A stretch of 63,840 nucleotides of DNA, filler included, from Octopus bimaculoides (GCF_001194135.2; 7 parts of 6 records of this genome joined end to end with filler, not necessarily neighbours in it), one strand, 5' to 3'; shown: positions 41,051 to 53,946, counted from the first letter of the whole stretch. The notes: generated from the letters alone by a model not told the origin. Program-made: numbers and translations.

Positions 41051-41539
41051 GACTTGTGAAAGTCTAAAAAATGTGTATCACTTTAAAAGAGAAATATTTA
41101 CATAAATGATTTAATCGCTGACGCAAATAAAATTAGAATGTTAGACACATGCATAAATATAGAGAGTTTTCCCTTCGACCAGAGATTAAGGATAAAGAAT
41201 AGAAACGCGCTCAAAACTGCCTGAGTTGGTGAGAAAAGAACCATGTAAGTAAATTTTCATCTGACCGAACCAACCACCCACCCAACCAACCAACCAACCA
41301 GCGCACTAGCGAACTAACCAACCATTTTCATGTCCCGTCTAAGGCTGTGCATATTGGGGTTTACAATGTTAAGAAAAATCCATAAACGAAAGAGGTGTCC
41401 AATATTAGATTTGGTGGATAGCCAATAGCAAGTGTGTGCACACATTCGTATGTGCATGCATATGTGTATAAGGTTTCATTTCACTGGAGACTAATTGAAG
41501 TTTCAAGCACAGAAATTTGTCTCTGAGTATATGCATACA

Positions 41540-41945
41540 TAGTTGCTTGCAAACTTATTAGCATCCATACAGTCATATATACTTTACATACATACATATA
41601 TAAACACAAACATATGCATGCATGTATATATATATACATACATACCCATATATCCACATATACATATAAAAGAACACAAGTAGAGTTCAAAATTTACAAC
41701 AACTGTTTCAGAATCATTTTATTAATGCATTCTTAGATTACATCATAGCAAAACCCCATCATCATCAGGTAAATTTTAAACACATAGACAGGTAGGATAG
41801 AAATAGAAGATAAGGTGACTCATTCACCAACTACCATAATAAATAAGTGATGTTTTGAAAAAGAACAACAGAATAAATAGAATGTCGAGAAGGTGAAGTG
41901 AATATTCCAGACCAACTAGGATATTTATAAGTTTGCAAGCAACTA
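41540..41945. mobile_element. Putative MITE: 17-bp perfect TIRs with TA on both sides
   Basis: TA-GTTGCTTGCAAACTTAT (41542-41558) ... ATAAGTTTGCAAGCAAC-TA (41927-41943). Confidence 0.55.
41686..41780 (-). ncRNA. Hammerhead-like motif, degenerate stem II
   Basis: Minus strand TTTAAAATTTAC-CTGATGA-[52 nt]-GAAA-CAGTTG-TT-GTAAATTTTGAA. Helix I has 9 WC pairs plus a 3-pair extension. Helix III ACAGTTGT is one change from ACAGCTGT. Stem II pairs poorly. Confidence 0.55.
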
Positions 41946-42372
41946 TATATATATATANNNNNNNNNNNNNNNNNNNNNNNNNNNNNNNNNNNNNNNNNNN
42001 NNNNNNNNNNNNNNNNNNNNNNNNNNNNNNNNNNNNNNNNNNNNNNNNNNNNNNNNNNNNNNNNNNNNNNNNNNNNNNNNNNNNNNNNNNNNNNNNNNNN
42101 NNNNNNNNNNNNNNNNNNNNNNNNNNNNNNNNNNNNNNNNNNNNNNNNNNNNNNNNNNNNNNNNNNNNNNNNNNNNNNNNNNNNNNNNNNNNNNNNNNNN
42201 NNNNNNNNNNNNNNNNNNNNNNNNNNNNNNNNNNNNNNNNNNNNNNNNNNNNNNNNNNNNNNNNNNNNNNNNNNNNNNNNNNNNNNNNNNNNNNNNNNNN
42301 NNNNNNNNNNNNNNNNNNNNNNNNNNNNNNNNNNNNNNNNNNNNNNNNNNNNNNNNNNNNNNNNNNNNNNNN

Positions 42373-42423
<51 letters not shown>

Positions 42424-43076
42424 CATACACATACATACGTTCATACACACACACACACACACTGACACATACATCATATACTGTATCCCCAAAATTGAAA
42501 ACACGCTTTAGTAGATGATAACTCATTTAATTTTCATTCCTATTTATAATTAATCCATTAGAAATAATGTAGGATACCAGACTAAGCTTTGAAGAAAGGA
42601 AACTTAACCTAAAATGCTCCTGGAGGTCTGAAAAAGCAGTCGAAGTGCAAACATAATTCAAGGTGGAGTTTCAAACAGACCCACTTATGTAAGTGATCAC
42701 ATGAGTGAAGTACATGGAACAACTGTTCCGGAGGATCGCGGACATCGACGAACTCAGCAAAGCAAAGCAGAAGGGTACTAGAAATGTATTGCCACAGTTC
42801 AAAGAAATCTGTGCAGCAAGCGAGTCTTGAGAAAGAATCGTCCTTCGCATTTCGAAGCGCTGGTTAGAATGTGCTTCCAATTCTGTCTTGATTGCACCAT
42901 TCTTTTTCATCTTGACTCATATCGTTTAGCTATATATATATATAAATATATATATGCATGCATGTGTACATATATGTACATATATATGTATGTGTATATA
43001 TATACATATGTATATGTATATATATATATACATATATATGTATGTGTGTATATATACATATGTATATGTGTGCATA

Positions 43077-43129
<53 letters not shown>

Positions 43130-43604
43130 NNNNNNNNNNNNNNNNNNNNNNNNNNNNNNNNNNNNNNNNNNNNTTAATTAATTAANNNNNNNNNNNNNNN
43201 NNNNNNNNNNNNNNNNNNNNNNNNNNNNNTTCTAGTTTTTATTTGTGATGTTTAACTGCATACATGAAAAAGACGAATCGTGTTGCTGTCGAATTGTTAG
43301 TTGTGTGATTCTCGGAGTGTTTTGAGTTGAATCTATTTTATGTAATATAAATAAATTAATATGTAACGTAAATCTAGAGATATAAGAGAGAAAACCAAAA
43401 GAATAACTCTCACACAAAAAGGGCTTAACTGAGCCGAGTACATATTTTTTAAGGGTCTGGTATATGTTCCATCAACTCCTTATGCCGAACTGCCAAGTTA
43501 AGAGGATGAAAGCACACCAACATCATTTGTCTGGTGGATGGGGAGCAAACACACGCACGCACGCACGCATGCACACACCCACATGCACGCACGCACACAC
43601 ATAT

Positions 43605-44050
43605 ACACGAAGATGTATCCAAAGGAAACCGGAATTTTGCAATGTTATTTTATTCACATAGTTTCACGTGTTAATACTTTTATCGCCTCGCTTTCAAAGT
43701 ACTCTCCATTTGAAGCAATACATCGATCGAGGGGCGTTCTCCATTATTCGAAGCACGGCTGGGACTTTGCGAAGTGATGTCTTTTAACGTCTCCATCGCC
43801 TTTTTTCTTCATCTCATCCACATCTGTAAATTCCTCAGCATCAGCTTTCGTCACTATTGATGACCTTCAGAAAAGGTCCGGATTATCATCCAACTGTTCT
43901 TTCACATCACGACATGTATTCAGTCGTGACTGCTTTTGATCTTCCGTGAGCAAGTGAGGCACAAAATTTGCTGAAACTCTTTTCATTCGTAATTCCTCGG
44001 AACTCCAAGACACAATACACTGAACCGCAAAAGAAACGCGAGGTGTGTTT
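43605..44050 (-). mobile_element. Internally deleted mariner element, 3' terminus visible
   Basis: ELRMKRVSANFVPHLLTEDQKQSRLNTCRDVKEQLDDNPDLF joins almost directly to KFTDVDEMKKKAMETLKDIT. The terminus reads TATACACGAAGATGTATCCAAAGGAAACCGGAATTT on the plus strand. Confidence 0.8.
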
Positions 44051-44385
44051 GACTGTGAAATATATTTTAATTTCATTATGTCAGAGATAAATTTCGATAA
44101 ATCTGATAAAGTCAATTTCTTGGATGCACTTTGACCACAGTCTATAGATCGTTGTCATGTGTTCTGGAAATGGGCGNNNNNNNNNNNNNNNNNNNNNNNN
44201 NNNNNNNNNNNNNNNNNNNNNNNNNNNNNNNNNNNNNNNNNNNNNNNNNNNNNNNNNNNNNNNNNNNNNNNNNNNNNNNNNNNNNNNNNNNNNNNNNNNN
44301 NNNNNNNNNNNNNNNNNNNNNNNNNNNNNNNNNNNNNNNNNNNNNNNNNNNNNNNNNNNNNNNNNNNNNNNNNNNNNNNNNNNNA

Positions 44386-44760
44386 ATGGGCGAATCCAGT
44401 ACATCGAGATAGTAGGGCATGACATATTCAGTACCGTGTATGCCATCCCTGGGTGTTAATACGGCCATACAACGTCGGTACATGGTGTGCATGAGGCGAT
44501 TCATAAAAGCCATTGGCAGCTGCGCCCACACACTAAGGAAAGCTGCCTCCAGTTACACATGAGTTGTCGGCCTTGGGACCACTTGGTTCAGACGTCTTTG
44601 GGTTTCATCCCATGGGTGTTCTATTGGGTTCAATTCCGGGCTGGGAGCCGGATAAGGCATGATTCTGATGTTGTGCTGACGCAGGAAGTCCATGGTGACT
44701 CTGGCCGTGTGGGAGGGAACATTGTCACGCTGCAATATGGGGATATGGTGACGCGCGAAG
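44386..44760 (-). mobile_element. Tc1-like (DD34E) transposase C-terminal fragment
   Basis: QRDNVPSHTARVTMDFLRQHNIRIMPYPAPSPELNPIEH has 34 residues between D and E (counted), then WAQLPMAFMNRLMHTMYRRCMAV. The 3' end continues left across the gap to about 44060. Confidence 0.85.
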
Positions 44761-46031
44761 AAGGGTACAATAAGCTCGCCTTCCGTGAGTACTTAAATAG
44801 TATTCAAATGTCAAGGCTATATTAACGTTAACCACAGCCAAAAATCTAGAGCAGTCCTCGTTTTCAGAAAACCCTTCATACTGTACACCAACAAGAAATT
44901 TCAGTTTGAAACGAGAGCTAATAACTAACTTGTTAATACACTCAAAAGACAGGTGCTTAAACTTACACATAATTATCTTTATAAGGTACGAAGGTTTGGT
45001 ACCAAGACGCATACATTTTGACATAACATACAGCAAGTAATTTAACACAAATCATACACAATTGATTTTATACTTTTGCAAACAGAAATATAATACAGTG
45101 TTTAGTTTACAACAATGTTGCTTTGATTGTTAATCTCTCTGAAAAATTTCTCTTAATATTCTCTCTGGTTCATTATGGCACAGTATAATTCTTGTAAGCA
45201 TTAATAAAAAGAAAAGCAAATTATTTTCATATTTCAGAAGTGACATTTAATTTTTTTCATGCAACACTTCTAACTTTTGTCATCAAAACAAAGCAGATCA
45301 TCAACTACAAGGTATCAGTACGAAGTGTTTGCATTTGTAAACCCCAATGTTTGCAGTCCATTCCTACTTTTGTTAAACTCGTCATCCGAATACCAAGGGA
45401 AAGAGGGGCGTCAGTATTTTTTAAGGTTAGTTCAAGACTTTGATGACACCCCATCTAATAACCGACCTTGTGGGATTCTGACTAGAATACAGGCGGCGAA
45501 TGGTCCTGTTGACGATTTGATTAACAATGAATTAATCGATGAAGAGTTGATGCTGTTTTCCAATTAAACTTTAATCACTTGTTTCATTTTCCAGTTGAAT
45601 TTTTTCTATTTCCAATGCCATTTTGTTATGTAAGACATCATGTTTACTTTATTCTTGTTGTCAATCCAGCTATTTCAGTTTCCCTCGTAAACTTAGTGCT
45701 TTCCACGAAACAGTTTAGTTCCTTATTTCTTCCATTTTTTGTGAATATTATAAACTGTCTCATATTATTTTAAAAACCGTTTTTAATCCTAAATATCTTT
45801 CTAGAAACAAACAATAAGATTATTCCTGTGAATTGCTAGAATTGGTAGAGGTGGTTTTTTGCATTGGTGCATACTAAGTGAAATATTATTGTTTATATTT
45901 TAATTTAAAATGTTATTTTTATAAATTAATAAAGAAAAATAAGATATAAGAATTTTGGGAAATATAATGTAGTAAAAATTTGATGCTTCATCTAATATTC
46001 CTTAAAAAAGACTGGAAGTTTCTCTGCTTAC

Positions 46032-46163
46032 CACAATCTTCTTCATCACTATGATCATCACAGTCAGGCTGTCCATCGCATATACTTTCTTTGAAAATAC
46101 ACGTATTTGTAGAATTAGTTCCATTGCGACTTGAAGGACAGCTCACTTTACCAAGTGGACATG
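46032..46163 (-). CDS. Internal coding exon encoding one LDLa module (same gene as 53947-54060)
   Basis: Acceptor TCTTCAG, donor GTAAGC, 132 nt, phase 1/1. Translation CPLGKVSCPSSRNGTNSTNTCIFKESICDGQPDCDDHSDEEDC has six Cys and a canonical CDGxxDCxDxSDE acidic motif. It splices in frame to the upstream LDLa exon and lies in the same assembly segment. Confidence 0.9.
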
Positions 46164-46659
46164 CTGAAGATGCGGTAATAGAAAACAGAATATATAAATA
46201 AATTGTCATAAAATATTCTTTAAATAAATAAATATTTGACGTGTTTAAACCTTATTGTAATCATGTAATCTTATTTTCTTGTAAGAAGCTGAAATTAATG
46301 ATAGCTGATATGACTAGCAACTTAACGATTATATATTTAGAGCTTAAACAGGTTTTCTTCATCTGAACTGCTGATATATTTCCAGCCTCTCTAACCAACA
46401 TATCAACATGACTTCAGCTTGGAGCAGATGACAACGTATTGCAATAGTGTATATGATTGCAAAAACATGCCTGAGAAGGTTGGATTTAAAGAACAGTATC
46501 AGGTATAGAATAGTTGAGCTGGAAAAAAAAACCCCAAAACCAACCAAACAAACAATATAAACAATACATGAAGAGGTTCCCTCACCTTCTAAAATTCAGT
46601 GACATTTACCCAGTAATGCAACACTTGCAATACCACAGTGCGAACAACTAAAGCAGCCG

Positions 46660-46900
46660 TCATCCATCACACAACTCTCAAGCTATTTCGTCTCGAAGAC
46701 TGCAACCGATTCTTCTGGTCCCTTGCCAAAGAGTTATCTACTAAGTTTAAAGAATCTTAACATCCACTTCACAACAATGATGGATCTGTGATTAGTAATC
46801 CCGAAGAGGAAGGTTCTATCTTCGCTTTCCCGTTTTGCAGCCAAATTCACAGGGAAAGAGCTTGAAACAACTCCTCCAAAGCTATCAGTCTACCACCTAC
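46660..46900 (+). mobile_element. Degenerate non-LTR retrotransposon ORF2 linker-region fragment
   Basis: NRFFWSLAKELSTKFKES*HPLHNNDGSVISNPEEEGSIFA resembles the endonuclease-to-RT linker of invertebrate LINEs (FWxLAK...PLxxxDG...KAxLFA). Recognised by eye only. Confidence 0.45.
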
Positions 46901-48377
46901 CACCCTTTCGGTCCCATCAATTTACATACATTGATGGTAACAACAGAAGTACCTGAATTCAATTCAAACCAAAAGGATCCTTTACTCACTAATCATTTCA
47001 ATCTCTCGCTCTCAACGGGAATCTAACCTGANNNNNNNNNNNNNNNNNNNNNNNNNNNNNNNNNNNNNNNNNNNNNNNNNNNNNNNNNNNNNNNNNNNNN
47101 NNNNNNNNNNNNNNNNNNNNNNNNNNNNNNNNATACCAGCAAAGAGAAATACTGTACTTACTTGTATTAGAACAGAACACATAAGGCACACGGCAATGAC
47201 ACTGCTCACAAGAACGCTTATAACAATACAAAGAGCTATATCCATATCCATTAAAATAGCAGTAGAGGTAATCTCCTGTAATGAATTCGCTTTTCCTTTT
47301 CGAATATGAAGTTCCGCTTTAAATTAGAAAACAAAATCGTGGTAATTACATTTCATTATTCGTTTCCTATTTCATATTTTATGATAGCGTTTTACAACCG
47401 TTTTTCATGCTCACTTACACTAATGTGGGTTAGGCTACTTGCAGGATCAATTGATTTTATTAACTGATGTCTTTCTTACAATTAATTACTCAGCAATGAA
47501 GTGAGATGCGCATTAGTTATGTATGCATTGAGTCTGTTCATTAGACTAATTTTCAACGAGATGCCGTACTTACAGCTAAGCGCAGTTATAACAAAAAAAT
47601 TGTTTTAATAACACAGTAACGGGTAGCAATTGGAGTAATATGTTACTGATGGATGCTCATCATCCAAGAAATAGAAATGAAACTTATTCTTATTTTTATG
47701 TTTTGTAACTTAATGTGGGACAGAATTTGGTGTTTTGCTGTCATAAAGTTCGAATTCGTGAACATGGGGTCAAGAGATTAATACCTTATTTTCATTTCCT
47801 TTGTTTCCTTTCTATATAGTATAGGTTTTATTTGAAAAGAGACTTTTATAATTATATCTTGTTTCTTTATGACTTGCAAATGTTTTGCATTGCTTCATAG
47901 AAAAGATACATTTCATTGCTATCAGCATGAGTGTTTCCGCAATGTATACGTGTGTGTCTTTAGGTGTATCTATACGGAATGCGAGGTGTATTTGAGGACA
48001 ATTAGCTATCAGTATATTACTCCCNNNNNNNNNNNNNNNNNNNNNNNNNNNNNNNNNNNNNNNNNNNNNNNNNNNNNNNNNNNNNNNNNNNNNNNNNNNN
48101 NNNNNNNNNNNNNNNNNNNNNNNNNNNNNNNNNNNNNNNNNNNNNNNNNNNNNNNNNNNNNNNNNNNNNNNNNNNNNNNNNNNNNNNNNNNNNNNNNNNN
48201 NNNNNNNNNNNNNNNNNNNNNNNNNNNNNNNNNNNNNNNNNNNNNNNNNNNNNNNNNNNNNNNNNNNNNNNNNNNNNNNNNNNNNNNNNNNNNNNNNNNN
48301 NNNNNNNNNNNNNNNNNNNNNNNNNNNNNNNNNNNNNNNNNNNNNNNNNNNNNNNNNNNNNNNNNNNNNNNNNNNNG

Positions 48378-49270
48378 ATTGGAATTAGAAGCCGCTGATG
48401 GGAATATTTCAACTGTATCAAAGAGTAAAAAAATCCTAAACATTCTGGCAATATAAGAACATCACAATTCGTCCTGCAGGTTCAAGACTTTGTCGATAAT
48501 GATCCCAGAAAATTGATTTCGCCACAAAAAGTCAGAATTGTGGTTCGAGAGGTCTTTCTCTACAAGTCATAAATGCTGCAGAAAGACCTATTCATGCCTG
48601 CAAAGATACAAGAATACAGTTTGATCCTTGTCAGATGGTAGTTACTTAACGAGGTTAAAAACTCCCTTCGAACATGGCGTACATTGTTTCATCTCTAATA
48701 CGGAAGACTTCGACCAGGACCAAAATTTTAATACGAGAAATGACGACTGGTTAAGTGCAGATCCTTTTGATGTCCCCATAGTGTTGCACGCTAAGTATCC
48801 AGCGCCTGGGATTGTTTTAGTAACGGTCGTCTGGGTACCGAATGTAATGTCATGTTAGCTTATATCTTTCCATAGAGCCTCGAATTAATGCTGCTGGATA
48901 CGTTGTAGTGCTGGAAACAGTTGTTTAGCCCTGGATACCAGAAGTATGCTATGGAAGGCCACACGTGCTTCAACAAAACTCAACAGCTCACAGAGCTCAC
49001 GTTTCCCAAGAATGGATGTTACACAATCTTTAGAAAAATGTAACACCAATCTTTAGAATAATGTAACACCAATCTTTAGAATAATGTAACACATCAGATT
49101 TAAATCTCATGGACTATTATATTTGGAGTGTTGATGAAAGGGAGACTAATAAATATCATCTCAATGGGGGTCACCATTGTCCAGGAAGTGTTCGAAATAA
49201 AGGACCATTTAGTGCAGGCACCTGAAACATTCTGGCTCCGCATTAAAGTAGTCATTTAACCTGAAGGTGA
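48378..49270 (+). mobile_element. maT (DD37D-like) Tc1/mariner transposase, decayed
   Basis: ELEAADGNISTVSK, FISNTEDFDQDQNFNTRNDDWLSADPFDVPIVLHAKYPA, VLETVV*PWI, VLQQNSTAHRA and DLNLMDYYIWSV. The family call is from remembered motif pattern. D-D spacing could not be counted because of an internal 23-bp triplication. Confidence 0.75.
49025..49092. repeat. 23-bp unit triplicated inside the maT-like transposase
   Basis: AATCTTTAGAA(A/T)AATGTAACACC at 49025, 49048 and 49071. Confidence 0.95.
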
Positions 49271-49329
49271 ATTAGGAAAATAATCTTAGAAAGATTATCG
49301 AGAACATGTTGGAGTTTTTTTCTAGTAGC

Positions 49330-49960
49330 AGATGTCCTTTGGATTTGCAATACTCGATGTCTTCTTTACCGATGACATTTTCCCATAGGCAATGATCCAT
49401 TCCTACCCTTGCATTGAAATCTCCTAGTAACTTAAATTTGTCCATTAGTGGTGTGTTGACAATGATACTACCTAGTTGTTAGTAAAGTTGATTCTTTACT
49501 CCTTTATCAGCATCAATAGTTAGAACATTAGCAGAAATGAGAGTGATGTAACTCTCATTAGGAAGTATTCACTGAAGAGTCATTTGTCGTTCGTTGTTGT
49601 TAAGTGATGGTCTTCTATGGTGCAAGTTTAAATAGCAAAACCGACATCTGGGAAGTTTTAATAGCGAAACCAGATTCTTGAATTCTTCCCTTCAATTCAG
49701 TTGCCATTCCAAAAGAACCAGAACCAGTTTCTTCTATTCTTCCTTCTCCTGAAAGCTGTGTTTTACTCAAGGTTGTTATGTCCACATTGAGTCCAGTCAG
49801 TCCTTTTCAGACTAGAGCTGTGCATCTTTCTGGTCACTCGGTGCTGTCAACGTCGAGAAAAGTTCTAACTTTCCATACTCCAAAACTCATATTGTTTAGT
49901 TTTAAGATTCTTGTTGTTTCGACCACATGAAGGTCGAAACATGACGGCCTACCAGGCGTG
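49330..49960 (-). mobile_element. RTE-clade LINE, 5' AP-endonuclease fragment (decayed)
   Basis: Minus translation with frameshifts: MSFGVWKVRTFLDVDSTE*PERCTALV, LSKTQLSGEGRIEETGSG and LLGDFNARVGMDHCLWENVIGKE, matching the RTE/BovB-type endonuclease pattern (WNVRT, PERRTALV, LLGDFNARVG). Confidence 0.82.
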
Positions 49961-52579
49961 GTTTCCCAGCCGGGCAATTGTAGCGACTTTGTTTAGTTCG
50001 CCTTTTATAGTACCTTTCTCAATTGAGGTGGGCAGCGATATTCCTAGAAGGCCAGCTTAGACACGAATTCAGGACAGGACTTCTAAGTAGTCAATGGATC
50101 TTAGGAAGGTGACCATCAAACATTCACTCCCAGCCTGTAGGTTTAGGACCTGAAGTTTCAGGTTTCTCCAAAACTTGCTCCCATCATCTATTCCCTATCG
50201 CCCTTGGGCTTTGCAAGAGTTTATTTTGAGGTAAAAGACAACTGGAGTAGAAGAAAGTTCCAGTGGCATGGATTTTTTTAAGGTGTACCTCAACTTTTCA
50301 GAAAGTGACCCCCACCCTTGTTTTCATGGTCCCCCTGATAATCGCTCCTTGTTGTGATGGAGAGGCTTGTGTGGACCAATGCCTCTGAAGGCGATATCAC
50401 CAGGATTTCTAAACTCCTGGTTTAGGTCAAGGACAAGAACCCAGACTATGCGTGACGAGCCCGTAGAACCCCCAACAGTGGAAAAAGCGGATAATGAACA
50501 CAAGAGTTCTCAACGCCTGAAGCAGCAGATAAAGAGGGCGATACACAATGGATATGCTACAGAAGGTGACACTCAAAATTATAACCGGCTCAGCGGCAGT
50601 CCGTTGCAGTTTTATAGCTGGATCCTACATGTCTCATTCTATATGTGCTGCAGAGGAGTGGCAACATAAAGAAAATGAAAAGATTAATTTAGGCAGATAT
50701 TATTTTTAACAGTTTATATATAAAAATTCTTGTAATAAATCAATATATAGATAGTTGTAATAAATGAATATGAAAATACTCGTAATAAATTAATAAATTA
50801 TTTACTTGAAACCAAAATTGGAGCAGATCGTATTCAATATCGATTCAGAGGGAGAGTAGTAGGAACATGTTGTCAAGTATTCCGATCCCCAAAGCGTTTT
50901 CAATTTTCCAGACCACAAATTTTGACCACCAGTCAATTTATATTTTGGTTTGTAACCTATATTAATAAGAATACAAATTAAGATATTGAATACTTTCTAT
51001 TAGGAATGACATCAGTTTTCTAAAGGTGATGTTAAAAGTTGGTTGGATCACTTTACTAACACTTATTGACCCTGGAAATATAAATGACAGTTTATCCTAG
51101 CGTGATTTAAATTCAGAATAGTGAGAAATGATACGGATAGTAAATGCTGCTAAATACTTGATTAAGTTTGCTGACACTTTTGACGACTCTTCACTAAAAT
51201 GCTTGTTAGGTTATTAATTGATATATTTTGGTTCGAATCAAGTCCAAACTGATTCTGTTGTTTAATAAAACCAGAAATGAGACATGTAAAGCTGATTCTG
51301 GTGTGATTTCTAACTCAAAATTTAGATGTAAGAAATTAAGAAATTATTTGTATCCTGTAAGACAATAGATTTCTTACTCATCAAGAAGTTGGGTTGCTAT
51401 TATGAAATTACATCAGAGTGAGGGAAGGAGAGAATGAGAAAGAGAGACAGTGAACGAAAGAGAGAGATGGAACGAATCAGAGAATTGTTATCTAGTTTCA
51501 TATAGGAACAAAGTACTTCTCGCTCGTGCACGGAATGCAATGATAACATAGCGTTGAAGTAAGGTCACCGATGCGGAAGATCTTTGAAGGCTCGAGAGAG
51601 ATATGTTGCAATGTTAATCTGTGTGAAGGACAGAATGGATGAAACTAAGAAAGTAGGAATTAAAAGTATCAGCTTGTGTATACAGGTTGGTTACTGTGGC
51701 AATGTTATGCAATGTGATTTTTTATACATATAGGACTAAAGTAACGCTATATAGTGACAGGTAATATATGATGAGTGCGTTAATATTGAGAAAGGGAAAT
51801 GTAGCAGACTGGAAGAATCATTGCCATGCCGGGAAAACTATTTAGCAGTATTTCGTCCGTCTTTCCGTTTTGAGTTCAAATTCTGCCGACATCGATTTTG
51901 CTTTCCATTCTTTTTGGTGTTAATAAAATAAGTACCATTTGAATCGACTTATCCCTCTCCCGAAGTGGCTGCCAGTGTGCTNNNNNNNNNNNNNNNNNNN
52001 NNNNNNNNNNNNNNNNNNNNNNNNNNNNNNNNNNNNNNNNNNNNNNNNNNNNNNNNNNNNNNNNNNNNNNNNNNNNNNNNNNNNNNNNNNNNNNNNNNNN
52101 NNNNNNNNNNNNNNNNNNNNNNNNNNNNNNNNNNNNNNTACTGACAATCATGACAAACCCTTTTTGTTATCGGTTATCACTTGCGCTAGTTTTGACTGAA
52201 CTCGCGTTTGCGCATGCAGGTAGTCAGCCAAATCAATAGATACAACCTGCAGATCCACTGTTCCAGATAAATCTCAACCTATATGAGACCCAAACTGTTC
52301 ACTCCAAACGGAGTCGTTAGATCGAACGGGCTGCATTGTAGCACCGTTTTCAAATATATTTCTGTACACCTGGATGCTAATTGTAATAATGGTGGTGATA
52401 TTGGTAATGATAGTGATGGTAGTAATGATGGTGTTGGTAGTGATCAAAGGGATGAAGATCATGATCATCATAATAATAATGATGATAACATTCTGTGGAG
52501 AATTTACCATACTTTATTTTTCCTTGTTAAATTGTAACCACTACCACAACAGAAATAATGGGGTAAATGTTTATTATAA

Positions 52580-53907
52580 ACTAGCAAACGCACCCGTCCT
52601 TTGGACGCTTTAAGCTGCTTTGGTGGTATTTTTTCACCAAATAATTGAACTATCGAGAAATTTTATGAGTAACACGGCAATCTATGTTTCCGATTTACCT
52701 AGGAACAGAAAACCAAATTGAAGGCTAGTTATTCAATGATCATAGAACATATAAGTTTGGAAGCGATTCAAAGTAGAGCTGCTGAAGAGTTTTAGGAGTA
52801 GATTACGGATAATGACTACAAATTATAGTTATAGTTGTTTTAATGAAAGCGAAATTTCTTGTCAGAAACATCCACATAAATGGTGTAAGGAAATTGAAGG
52901 AAGACTTTAAAACTCCTTCTCTGCAAGTTTATTTTATTCAGCAGCAAAGAGAGCTATTTTTTTCGGAGAGAAATGTGATTGGTATGTTCAAAATGGCATA
53001 ATACCTACTTGAAAAAGTAGAGCTGAAGGAATGTATTTGCTACGTGCTTACAGTGTACAGCCACTCTGAAATTGACTTCAGGTAATGAAAAATGAAGACA
53101 CGACTAGTTTGACTTCAGTTTACGAATACTGCTTTGAAAATTTAGCAGTTCGCAGTGAAAAGATGTCGCGTTCGACATATCATAATAGATGGGTAACTAA
53201 GCATCTTTAGAGTGAAACAACGCATTGGTAGGTAAACAAAAGTATCAACAAATAGAAGATAGGGAAGGGAACATCACCTTTCAAGTAACTGAGAATAGGT
53301 AGCCAAAGTTTAATGCAGTTTAAATATGGAGATTAAGATTGTTTGGTATTAGATATTCATCGCGTACAGTGTCACTAGTCAATGTAATCACCGTCGCAAG
53401 TTTTCAGTCAAAATAAATAAGTAGACAAAATCCTTTCACTTTTATAATATTCTTTAATACACAATTACAACATATAAATAAATGATAACTGATGGACAGA
53501 CGAAATAAATAAATAGACAAAATCCGTTCACTTTTATGATATACTCTAACAAAGTAATAATACAAAATTGCAACATATAAATAAATAATAATATTTTTAA
53601 AATGTGAAAACCACTAAAAAATATTCTCTGATGTCAATATAAGGACATATAGATTAAGAAAGTACGGAAGATCCGACATACAAAAAGAAACTATGTACAT
53701 AATACGAATTAGAGAAAAACCCGTATAGCCCACCGTTTTACCTGGTTTGTCCATTTACGCGGGAGCTCTGGGCAAAATGTTATAGTGCATGACCATTTTG
53801 GGGACATAAGTAATATGTGTGTAAAGTATGGTGAAAATCGGCTGAGAACTGTGGGCATGTATGCATTAGTCAATATACACACATATTGTGATTTATATAT
53901 ACTAGAT
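52580..53907 (+). mobile_element. Possible non-autonomous Helitron/Helentron-like element(s)
   Basis: The start ACTAGCAAACGCACCCGTCCTTTGGACG has a subterminal hairpin and the end reads ...TTATATATACTAGAT. An internal diverged ~95-bp tandem duplication lies at about 53410-53590. This may be two separate short elements. Confidence 0.4.
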
Positions 53908-53946
53908 AAATATATTTGAAGAAATATAAATATAAATAAAACTTAC

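Noticed and set aside
42600-42910. GC-richer stretch with partial open frames (MEQLFRRIADIDELSKAKQKG...)
   Set aside because: There are stops in the surrounding frames, no convincing splice pair and no motif I can recognise. It is possibly an old transposon remnant.
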